In this document: in pieces, positions 8,176 to 15,670 of the stretch
Layout of the letters: each line of letters begins with the position of its first letter
Position numbering within the stretch: position 1 is the first letter of the stretch
Assembly: GCA_003217035.1 (NCBI GenBank)
Contig: QCHV01000008.1
Span: 43,513-67,512 of the forward strand
Source of the DNA: Prochlorococcus sp. AG-402-G22
GTDB lineage: Bacteria; Cyanobacteriota; Cyanobacteriia; PCC-6307; Cyanobiaceae
Length of the DNA stretch: 24,000 nucleotides
Direction: 5' to 3'
Notes under the pieces: generated by a model
What the model saw: the letters and a program-made list of their open reading frames with translations, nothing else
Database searches by the model: none
Told to the model about the DNA's origin: nothing
Position numbers and translations under genes: made by a program

Positions 8176-9483
8176 TTACCCCCCTAGGCCGAAGAAAGAA
8201 TTGGCGATAAAGAGTAGGCTAAATACAATGAGAAAAACCAAGCCGATTTTTGATAGTAACGTCATAAAAGAGCCATAACGGTACTTACTTTGAACCAGTG
8301 GGCTATTTAGAGTATCCATTGCCATCCAAGCAAATATAGGAGCAGTTAAAAAACTTCCTGTCATTGCACTGAAAACAAAGTCTTTAACTCCAATACCTCC
8401 AGATTTTGCAATTAATAGCGCACTTAAGGCAGTGAAAATGTGAATTACAACCCAAATTTGCAAACGTTTGTTCTCTGAGCTTGATGATGATTGATCGTTG
8501 CCTCTTTTTAAGAGAAGGCCTTGAGAAGCTGAAATACTTCTTGGATATGCATCTAAGCAGGTGAGTGTTGTGCTAAACATTGCAGCAAAGGCCGAAGGAA
8601 CAATTATCCATTTAGACCAACCACCCATAGCTTCTGTATAAAGTCGAATAAGGTTTTGAGCGAATGAAACCCCACTACCAGAAAGCATTCCTTCGCCAGT
8701 ACCATACATAGTAAAAGCGCCCAAAATCACAAAGAAAATAGCAGTAATTACAGTGATTAAATACCCGAGATTAAAGTCAAACTCTGCTTCTTTTAAATTT
8801 GGTTTGTAATTAATATCTTTTGATCTAGAGAACATCCACAGAGATGGCCATACACATAATTCAACTGGTCCTGGCATCCACCCCATTAATGGAATCAAAA
8901 AAGATAAATTAGTCAATGTCCATGGGCTTGGGTCACTATTTATCCAACTGCTACCAACATCTCCTAACGGACCACGAGTTATTAAAGATATTACGGCTAT
9001 ACCAGTAAATAATGTCAGTAATGTTACTAGTACTTTTGAGATCCGATCCAGAGCTCGATATTGACCTAGCAAGAGAATTAACCCACTAACAACTAATATT
9101 CCAATAGATAAATCCATAGGAGGGAAGGAAGAAAAAATAGGAATATTTTTTAGTAAGAGACCAGTTACAAAGCTAACTGCAGCAATAGTGAATGTGCCTG
9201 TGATTAAACTTACGACCAAGTAAATAGGCAAGTAAAAACGGTTTCGAGCTTTAAACCCTTCTAATAGGGAGAGGCCTGTTGCAGAAGTAAAACGAGTGCC
9301 AATAAGCAAGAATGGATATTTGAATAAATTCGTAAGTAATATCAGAAATATCAAGGCAAATCCAAACTTTGCACCTGCAGTTGTTGACGACATTAAATGT
9401 GAACCGCCTATACAAGCTCCTGCCAATAAAATTCCAGGCCCTAAACTTTTTTGAATTCCTTTCCTAGAGAGTTCCATCGTCAA
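8176..9483 (-). CDS. Nramp-fold (MntH-like) membrane transporter, divergent metal site
   Basis: 435 aa with many TM segments. 'GPGILLAGACIGGSHLMSSTTAGAKFGF' aligns without gaps to E. coli MntH '[28 protein letters not shown]'. 'LMGWMPGPV' corresponds to 'GATIMPHV'. The start is TTG 9483 or ATG 9477. Confidence 0.75.
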   Translation of the reverse strand: MTMELSRKGIQKSLGPGILLAGACIGGSHLMSSTTAGAKFGFALIFLILLTNLFKYPFLLIGTRFTSATGLSLLEGFKARNRFYLPIYLVVSLITGTFTIAAVSFVTGLLLKNIPIFSSFPPMDLSIGILVVSGLILLLGQYRALDRISKVLVTLLTLFTGIAVISLITRGPLGDVGSSWINSDPSPWTLTNLSFLIPLMGWMPGPVELCVWPSLWMFSRSKDINYKPNLKEAEFDFNLGYLITVITAIFFVILGAFTMYGTGEGMLSGSGVSFAQNLIRLYTEAMGGWSKWIIVPSAFAAMFSTTLTCLDAYPRSISASQGLLLKRGNDQSSSSSENKRLQIWVVIHIFTALSALLIAKSGGIGVKDFVFSAMTGSFLTAPIFAWMAMDTLNSPLVQSKYRYGSFMTLLSKIGLVFLIVFSLLFIANSFFGLGG

Positions 9484-9654
9484 ATAACGGTTTAGATTAT
9501 CTTGATCAAGGGAACTCTATTTGTGTAAAAGAAATAACAAAAATAGATGATATTAAAAATTAAGAGAGGTTCTAATTCCAATAATTAATTGGGAATCTCG
9601 AAAAATTGATATGGATTTCATGTTTTATACACTTAGCAATTGATTGAATGTTTA

Positions 9655-9744
9655 TTCCAATTAAAAGAATCCTCAGGAAAGTGTTGAAATACTATTAATA
9701 TCTGTTTCCTTTATTTCACTATAAGTTTTCCAATTAAAAAAGAT
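9655..9744. repeat. direct repeat TTCCAATTAAAA(AA)GA(A/T) in the transporter upstream region
   Basis: 'ttccaattaaaagaa' at 9655-9669 and 'ttccaattaaaaaagat' at 9728-9744. A related 'attccaataattaattgggaat' imperfect palindrome lies at 9566-9587. Confidence 0.4.
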
Positions 9745-9765
9745 CTAAATAATTAAAGTTAAACA

Positions 9766-9864
9766 CTAAAGTAGACTTATTAAGTTTCCTGTAATAACAA
9801 ATGAAAGCCACATAAAAGCTACAAGAGATATTACAAAGAATAGTATTTGATCATATGTACCCAT
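9766..9864 (-). CDS. 32-aa single-TM miniprotein downstream of the PsbF-like ORF (below ORF-track cutoff)
   Basis: Hand translation gives MGTYDQILFFVISLVAFMWLSFVITGNLISLL*. The ATG lies 15 nt after the stop of 9880..10179 on the same strand. Confidence 0.35.
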   Translation of the reverse strand: MGTYDQILFFVISLVAFMWLSFVITGNLISLL

Positions 9865-9879
9865 TTGAATTACTTACTT

Positions 9880-10179
9880 TTAAACCACACCTCTACGAAT
9901 AAATTGCATAGCAAAAATAGCTCCTAGAAAAAAAACAGTGGGTATTCCAAGAAGATTCACTGCCAGAGTTCTAACAGTAAAGACTGGATAACCTTCTGAA
10001 GGTCTTCCAGAAGTTGGGACAACAGCTGTATCTTCCCAATTTTGATAGTTTTCTAGGCTTGGAAACCCAGGCAGTGTCTGATTGTCCCACTTAAGAACTT
10101 CCCATTTGCTAAGCCAAAAAACTGTTGACAAGGCGGAAATGATTACAGGAGCAAGTACGATTAGGGTCTTCAATAGCAT
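9880..10179 (-). CDS. PsbF-like (cytochrome b559 beta-like) two-TM protein lacking the heme-ligand His
   Basis: C-terminal '[33 protein letters not shown]' aligns with canonical PsbF '[33 protein letters not shown]' (recalled), about 24/33 identical. There is an extra N-terminal hydrophobic helix ([22 protein letters not shown]). Confidence 0.7.
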   Translation of the reverse strand: MLLKTLIVLAPVIISALSTVFWLSKWEVLKWDNQTLPGFPSLENYQNWEDTAVVPTSGRPSEGYPVFTVRTLAVNLLGIPTVFFLGAIFAMQFIRRGVV

Positions 10180-10375
10180 TTCAAGAAAGGCCTACTAAAT
10201 ATCTAATATTTATTTAGCATCATTATGAAATCAGAAGGCAATCATTTCTGAGTCCCTGATGTATAAATCAATACCTGGTAATCCCTTATTCTTTATTGTG
10301 TAGTAAATGATTTAGCAGATGAAATCTTTATCTAGCAAGCGGTGTAAAAAAAGGCAATATTCCTTGCTTTAAATT

Positions 10376-10492
10376 TTATTCAAGTCTTTTACTTTGCTTT
10401 ACAAAGAAAGTTATTATTAGCCCTAATGCAACTAGCGGCATAGTGTTTTTTATTCCAGTAGTTAAAACTAAGAACATTGCTTGAACGGTCAA
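10376..10492 (-). CDS. 38-aa (or 33-aa) hydrophobic miniprotein (below ORF-track cutoff)
   Basis: GGAGG (10502..10498) is followed by 5 nt and TTG (10492). An in-frame ATG lies at 10477. Translation: (M)TVQAMFLVLTTGIKNTMPLVALGLIITFFVKQSKRLE*. Confidence 0.35.
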   Translation of the reverse strand: MTVQAMFLVLTTGIKNTMPLVALGLIITFFVKQSKRLE

Positions 10493-10534
10493 ATCAACCT
10501 CCTATTTATGAGAGCTCATTAGTTGAATGTAATT

Positions 10535-11125
10535 TCATCCAAAGGGCTTTACTCCCATTAATGGACTAACAAATAAGAATTCCATAACAGTTCCTGTTAT
10601 GGCCATTGGTAGAACCCATACGGTTAAAAAGCGAGCACCAAAAAACCTTATAGACTTTGAGTTTTCAAAAGCATCTTTAGTTGCTGTATAAATTGTTGCT
10701 GATTTTTTAACAGAATATTCAGTGTCTCGGTAAGGCCTCACAGGATTTAAAGAGCGAATAGAACCTGTCGCCCTTGTAATAGCAACAAAAGGCAAGGCCC
10801 ATATGGCCATAAAACGAGGACCAAGCCAATATCTAGGATGAGGAAAGGCATACTCCTCAGTTGTTTTTTGTTTAGGGAAAGCCTCCTCTATAGCTGTAAA
10901 AACTTTCTCAAATTGATTGACATCTGCTGCTTCTAGTGAAGAGTTTATGCTTATTGCTTCGCGCCTTTCCTCTGTAGCCGTATTTGATTGATTAATAGTT
11001 TCCTTTTCTGAAGCATCTTCCACTTCAGTAAAACTATCTGTATTAAAGGCTGCTTCTACAGGCGAGGAAATTTCCAGGTCATCGGTTTTTTCAATCTTGG
11101 GCGCCTCATCTTTTCTATTTTCCAT
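10535..11125 (-). CDS. membrane protein with acidic N-terminal half and an internally duplicated hydrophobic motif
   Basis: 196 aa. 'GPRFMAIWALPFVAIT' and 'GARFLTVWVLPMAIT' are two copies of the same motif. The N-terminal ~110 aa are rich in E/D/T/S. Confidence 0.55.
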   Translation of the reverse strand: MENRKDEAPKIEKTDDLEISSPVEAAFNTDSFTEVEDASEKETINQSNTATEERREAISINSSLEAADVNQFEKVFTAIEEAFPKQKTTEEYAFPHPRYWLGPRFMAIWALPFVAITRATGSIRSLNPVRPYRDTEYSVKKSATIYTATKDAFENSKSIRFFGARFLTVWVLPMAITGTVMEFLFVSPLMGVKPFG

Positions 11126-11309
11126 ATTTAACTAAAAAACACAACCTAGTGTCATTTCACGCCCTGAAGCATACTTATGTTTCTTTCTTAAGTATCAATG
11201 AGCTCAACATGAAGTTAAAGTTTAAACTCTGCTTAGTTTGATTTGTATTTACTCAAATAAGACTCTAGACAGATTAAGATCTGATTGTATTAGTGAACTA
11301 TATCTAATG

Positions 11310-11421
11310 TAAATTTAAATATTAATATAAAGTTGTTAAATTTATATTAATATGAAATAATTAATTATAGAGATTTGGAGTTCAATAGATTCATTATTAA
11401 TATATATATACTAATTAATAT
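11310..11421. repeat. cluster of four ATTAATAT cores (two as perfect ATATTAATAT palindromes) in a divergent intergenic region
   Basis: Exact ATTAATAT at 11321, 11346, 11396 and 11414. The longer direct repeat 'aaatttaaatattaatataaag' versus 'aaatttatattaatatgaaa' has 25-bp spacing. Confidence 0.5.
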
Positions 11422-11496
11422 TGGTACCGACTCCATATTATCTTTGTTTTGTTGTCACTAAGCTCTTGTAAATTAGATAACAGTTATTTTAGAAAG

Positions 11497-11522
11497 GCAG
11501 ATAGATCTGCTAACTTTATATA
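11497..11522 (+). promoter_or_regulatory. palindrome GCAGAT-AG-ATCTGC next to a TATATA -10-like box upstream of gpx
   Basis: 'gcagatagatctgc' at 11497-11510 has 6-bp perfect inverted arms. 'tatata' is at 11517-11522. The gpx ATG is at 11539. Confidence 0.3.
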
Positions 11523-11538
11523 GCAACTCTGCCTTATT

Positions 11539-12018
11539 ATGAAAGTCAACGTTACCAAAACAGTAGTTGAGAACTCAGCTGGTCAAAATAAGACCCTAGG
11601 AGAATACTCAGGTAAAGTATTGCTAATAGTTAATGTTGCCAGTCAATGTGGCAACACTCCACAATATGAAGGATTGCAAGATCTAGAAGATAAATACAAA
11701 TCGAGAGGTTTTTGCGTGCTTGGCTTCCCTTGTAATGATTTTGGCTCACAAGAGCCAGGTTCATTGGCAGAAATCAAAGCATTTTGCTCGTCAAAATTTG
11801 GAGCAAAATTTGAGATTTTCAGCAAAGTGCATGCAAAAGGAAATACCACTGAACCTTACACAACTCTCAACAAAGCAGAACCCGCCGGTGATGTTAGTTG
11901 GAATTTTGAGAAGTTTTTAATAAATAAGAACGGAGATGTTGTTGCTCGATTTCAACCTGCTGTCCATCCTACTAATAGAGATTTAATAGATGCTATTGAG
12001 AAGGCTTTGGATTCTTAA
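11539..12018 (+). CDS. gpx: glutathione peroxidase (Cys-type)
   Basis: 'LIVNVASQCGNTPQY' (active-site Cys), 'LGFPCNDFGSQEPG' and 'WNFEKFLI' are the three GPx signature blocks. ORFs 11643..11849(-) and 11720..11920(+) are shadows. Confidence 0.9.
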   Translation: MKVNVTKTVVENSAGQNKTLGEYSGKVLLIVNVASQCGNTPQYEGLQDLEDKYKSRGFCVLGFPCNDFGSQEPGSLAEIKAFCSSKFGAKFEIFSKVHAKGNTTEPYTTLNKAEPAGDVSWNFEKFLINKNGDVVARFQPAVHPTNRDLIDAIEKALDS

Positions 12019-12251
12019 TGACAAGACAGAAGTTTATATTTAGCCTATCAGAAATTTTAAATAATCTATTTATACCTATGAAGTCTCCCCCCCTTAAGTT
12101 TATATTAAGCCATTTTTATCACTGTCTTGTGTATCTTTATCTAGCCTTGAAGGCCACTGGTGGAATGATTCTCGATTTTTCTAGCGATGAGGATCAGCAG
12201 AATACGTTCAAACCCTACACACTTCGCAATATTATGTGTTACAGTTCTTAA
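12018..12251 (+). CDS. questionable hypothetical ORF overlapping the gpx stop (TAATG)
   Basis: 77-aa ORF with odd composition and no family recognised. It is kept only because of the stop/start overlap with gpx. Confidence 0.25.
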   Translation: MTRQKFIFSLSEILNNLFIPMKSPPLKFILSHFYHCLVYLYLALKATGGMILDFSSDEDQQNTFKPYTLRNIMCYSS

Positions 12252-12571
12252 TGACACGTTAAGTGTTGATTTCTGCTTGAAGTAAGGCTTGCTTATTATC
12301 AATCCGTATTCAAATTGGTTTTTAAAACACTTAAAAGATTATTTAAGGCCTCTTTATCTGGATATCAATCTTCTTTTGTCTTTCATTAACTACTTAACTT
12401 AAACAATCATTTTATTCTAATGGAATTAAACCCTTTTAAGCCTTTGAAGCAGTTTTTTCAGAAGTTAGGAAAAAGAGCAGCTTAAATATTCTTGTTAAGC
12501 CTTCTTGCTAAAGTGATTTGGCAGAATAATCGTTGCTTATATAAATTCATTGTGTTTCAGGAATATCTTAA

Positions 12572-13084
12572 TTAACGCCCTTTATTGCACTTAATCACTC
12601 TTTCTCCAAAGCTTAGATTTCTCTCGTCGGAGAGGGCTAATTCTTTTACGCATTCATTTACGTTGTATGTCCACTTTGCAATAGGAGCCAACATAGAAAC
12701 ACCTATTACCAAAGCTATTGTGCTTATTGCTGAAAGGGATGTATGGATAATTTTCCTAGGTGTGAGTTTCTTTTCTTCCTCTCTTATCTTCCTCTCTCTA
12801 TCTTCAGCCCGCTTCTCAGCTGCTATCTTTGCTGACTCCGTTGCATTTCTTTCTTCTATCATCCTTGCTCTTTCGTCAGCCCTTTGTTTTTGAGATCTAA
12901 TATTCGCTTCTTTTTTTGCTTCTGCTTGGCGCCTTTGAACCTCGCTCAAATATTTCCCTCCAAGGGCAATACCAAGTGCAACCGGAGCTATGATTATTTT
13001 TTGAATGAATGGCAAGGACTCCCTTACTTCTTTTAATAAGGGTTTGACTTCCTCAGAGAATTTATTTTGATCTTCATTCATCAT
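12572..13084 (-). CDS. membrane protein with a long charged coiled-coil-like linker between two TM segments
   Basis: 170 aa. TM (IIIAPVALGIALGG), then a K/E/R/A-rich stretch (RRQAEAKKEANIRSQKQRADERARMIEERN...EEEKK), then a second TM (SLSAISTIALVIGVSMLAPIA). Antisense ORF 12585..12893 is a shadow. Confidence 0.55.
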   Translation of the reverse strand: MMNEDQNKFSEEVKPLLKEVRESLPFIQKIIIAPVALGIALGGKYLSEVQRRQAEAKKEANIRSQKQRADERARMIEERNATESAKIAAEKRAEDRERKIREEEKKLTPRKIIHTSLSAISTIALVIGVSMLAPIAKWTYNVNECVKELALSDERNLSFGERVIKCNKGR

Positions 13085-13429
13085 CTTGGCTTTGACTCCT
13101 AACTCTAATCTGAGCCCTTTTTACGAGGATAACCACCTAAAAAACATAAAAAATGACAAAATAAATAGCTGTTAATCTCCTTCAGTCTTCGCCTATTAGC
13201 CGTATATGGAAAATCAGAAGGAGTGATTCATTCACCGACACAGGAAATTTGATTTCATTCATGGCTTTTGAGTAATTATCACAGATAGCGCCTAAGGCTG
13301 TTAGCCGATAAAACTTGTTAAGAAGTTAAGTCTTAAAATGTTTCATAGTATCTTCTTGCAAATCCTTTTGACTTTGCTTGGTTTGACTTTGATCTTGCGA
13401 TTTTCTAAGTAAATTTGGGATTTCTTATT

Positions 13430-13579
13430 ATGCAGCCTACAAATGAGAGCACAGATCCAACCAAGAAACATCTAGAGGATCTCGACGAGGCTCAAGATCA
13501 GAGGCTTGAGAATATGTTTGAAGAGCTTGAACAATGTAATATTGAGCGATTATCAGTAATAGATTCTAGAGACAATTGA
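13430..13579 (+). CDS. 49-aa acidic miniprotein (below ORF-track cutoff)
   Basis: Hand translation gives MQPTNESTDPTKKHLEDLDEAQDQRLENMFEELEQCNIERLSVIDSRDN*. Confidence 0.3.
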   Translation: MQPTNESTDPTKKHLEDLDEAQDQRLENMFEELEQCNIERLSVIDSRDN

Positions 13580-13734
13580 TTGATAATTATTCTAGAGATT
13601 TTTGTAAATTAATTTCGAAAGTGATATTTTAAGTTTTATTCTTTATGTATATTTAATATGAAATCTCTAATTTTGACTTGCAGATCAAAACCTGATTTTT
13701 TTTATTATGATAATCTCATCCTAGTTGTTTATTT

Positions 13735-13920
13735 ATGTCTCTAAAAGATTATGAAGGCTTCATTCGAAAGGTCGATCAATTAAATAGATTAATTGATTTT
13801 TTAGATGCCAATCCAAAGCTTAAACAAGAGCTGATAAAGTGTAGTCAACATGATCAAGTTGTTTCCCTTGCCAAGGCTTGGGGTTTTGAAATAGGTAAAA
13901 GATGGGGTGAGACTTGCTAA
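13735..13920 (+). CDS. Nif11-domain miniprotein
   Basis: 61 aa. 'MSLKDYEGFIRKV...NPKLKQELIKCSQHDQVVSLAKAWGFEI' follows the Nif11 N-terminal domain pattern (M-x-x-x-x-L-x-x-F...L...L...V-x-x-A-x-x-x-G-F-x-I). Confidence 0.7.
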   Translation: MSLKDYEGFIRKVDQLNRLIDFLDANPKLKQELIKCSQHDQVVSLAKAWGFEIGKRWGETC

Positions 13921-13968
13921 GCCATTCTTACTTTCTAAAACATCATGTTTAATTAAATGATTATTTAA

Positions 13969-14127
13969 ATGTCTAATTACTTTATTGTACTCGGATTATT
14001 ATTCTTCATAATTAGCTCATATTTTTGGAAGGACTGGGCTTCAGGTTTGGTAGGTTTTATTTATGGTTCTTTTATTTATATTATTATTATATTTATTCTT
14101 AAAATCATTAGCAAAACTACAAGATAG
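13969..14127 (+). CDS. 52-aa two-TM miniprotein (below ORF-track cutoff)
   Basis: Hand translation gives MSNYFIVLGLLFFIISSYFWKDWASGLVGFIYGSFIYIIIIFILKIISKTTR*. Confidence 0.35.
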   Translation: MSNYFIVLGLLFFIISSYFWKDWASGLVGFIYGSFIYIIIIFILKIISKTTR

Positions 14128-14174
14128 TATATCATTTTAAATAATTTAATTTTTCTGTGTCTAGGATAGATAAA

Positions 14175-15350
14175 TTATTTTTTAGTTACAGTTATACATG
14201 AAGCTGATTGATCAGCTTTTTTTCTGGCTTCCTCAATTGACTTGCCTTTAGCAAGAGATACGCCCATCCTCCTGCCTTTTTTGCAGTTAGGTTTCCCAAA
14301 CAATAGTACTTTAGTCCCTTTCTTTTCTAAAGAACTTTCCACACCTGTATAAGCAACATCACTAAGTTTTTCTTGAGCTAAAATCACTCTGCTAGCTGAT
14401 GGACTTTCAATTGTTATTTCTGGTATAGGAATACCTAGAATTGCTCGAAGATGCAGTTCAAATTCGTTTAAATTCTGACTAATAATAGTAACTAGACCAG
14501 TGTCATGCGGGCGAGGAGATAATTCTGAAAAAACAACCTTGTCTTTTGTTATGAAAAACTCAACACCAAAAATACCTACACCTCCTAGAGCTTCAGTGAC
14601 TAGTTTTGCCATTGATTTAGCTTGAATTAATTGATCTTCTCTCAGTTCTGCTGGTTGCCAGCTTGTTTGATAATCTCCATCTGTTTGCTCATGGCCAATA
14701 GGTGGGCAAAACAATGTAGAACCATCTTTTTGGCGAATTGTTAGCAAAGTAATCTCGAGATCAAATTTTATAAACTCTTCAATAATTACCTGTTGTGATG
14801 TTCCTCTTGATTCTTCCATTGCGATAACCCAGGCTTTATCAAGATCTTGTGCTGTTTTTACTAAGGATTGACCTTTCCCTGAAGAGCTCATTACTGGCTT
14901 AACTAAAAGAGGGAAACCAAGTGGTCGTGATACTTCTTTTAGCTCACTCCTGCTAGAAGCATAAGCAAAGTTTGCTGTTTGAAGCCCTAATTGATTACTA
15001 GCCAAGTTCCTTATTTTGTCTCTATTCATAGTGATTTCAGTAGCTCTTGCAGTTGGTATTACAGTAATCCCTTCATTCTCTATTTCAGCTAAAGCATCTA
15101 CAGCTAGCGCTTCTATCTCTGGGATAACAGCATCTGGCTTGTGTTTACGAATAACTTCTTTAAGAGCCATTGAATTTGTCATGTCCAAAACTTCTGAAAT
15201 ATCAGCAGTTTGCATTGCAGGAGCATTTGAATATCTATCGCAGGCAATGATTCTGCAACCTAGTCTTTGTGCTGCTATTGCCACTTCTTTCCCCAGCTCT
15301 CCACTACCTAATAGCATCAATGTTTTTGGAAACATTTTCATCAAAATCAA
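14175..15350 (-). CDS. purT: formate-dependent phosphoribosylglycinamide formyltransferase (GAR transformylase 2)
   Basis: 'MLLGSGELGKEVAIAAQRLG', 'VKPVMSSSGKGQS', 'DGDYQTSWQP' and 'FSELSPRPHDTGLVT' are collinear with E. coli PurT. The true start may be one of the downstream Met codons in MILMKMFPKTLM. Antisense ORF 15016..15354 is a shadow. Confidence 0.93.
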   Translation of the reverse strand: MILMKMFPKTLMLLGSGELGKEVAIAAQRLGCRIIACDRYSNAPAMQTADISEVLDMTNSMALKEVIRKHKPDAVIPEIEALAVDALAEIENEGITVIPTARATEITMNRDKIRNLASNQLGLQTANFAYASSRSELKEVSRPLGFPLLVKPVMSSSGKGQSLVKTAQDLDKAWVIAMEESRGTSQQVIIEEFIKFDLEITLLTIRQKDGSTLFCPPIGHEQTDGDYQTSWQPAELREDQLIQAKSMAKLVTEALGGVGIFGVEFFITKDKVVFSELSPRPHDTGLVTIISQNLNEFELHLRAILGIPIPEITIESPSASRVILAQEKLSDVAYTGVESSLEKKGTKVLLFGKPNCKKGRRMGVSLAKGKSIEEARKKADQSASCITVTKK

Positions 15351-15415
15351 TTAATTACCCTTTTATGCTCCCATGATTAAAAAGAGCTAGAACATAGTTT
15401 ATAGATTGCTTATTT

Positions 15416-15589
15416 ATGATTAAACTTTTTTCGATTGCTCTAGGCCTTAACCCACTGGAGTTGGGAGTGATTTTATTTGCTGGCTTTGGTTTTGTAGTAA
15501 TGTTTGCGATTAGTTCAGCTAAAGGTGGATATCAGGACCTGATTAAAACTACTTTGAAAAATGATGAGATGGCCAGAAAAAGGAAATAA
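15416..15589 (+). CDS. 57-aa single-TM miniprotein (below ORF-track cutoff)
   Basis: Hand translation gives MIKLFSIALGLNPLELGVILFAGFGFVVMFAISSAKGGYQDLIKTTLKNDEMARKRK*. Confidence 0.4.
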   Translation: MIKLFSIALGLNPLELGVILFAGFGFVVMFAISSAKGGYQDLIKTTLKNDEMARKRK

Positions 15590-15670
15590 GCCATTCACTA
15601 ATGATCCATTCCAAGACTGACTTTGGATGCATCTGATGAATTATCAAATTAAATCCAAGTTTAATACTTA

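Noticed and set aside
9484-9765. Possible Mn (yybP-ykoY) or other riboswitch in the long leader of the Nramp-like gene
   Set aside because: The region is extremely AT-rich. It has none of the conserved G-rich junction sequences I recall for metal riboswitches. Only the direct repeats are reported.
13224-13261. Direct repeat TGATTCATTCA / TGATTTCATTCA 26 nt apart in the 13085-13430 intergenic region
   Set aside because: It is short and AT-rich with no accompanying hairpin or terminator, so it is too weak to call an sRNA or operator without comparative data.
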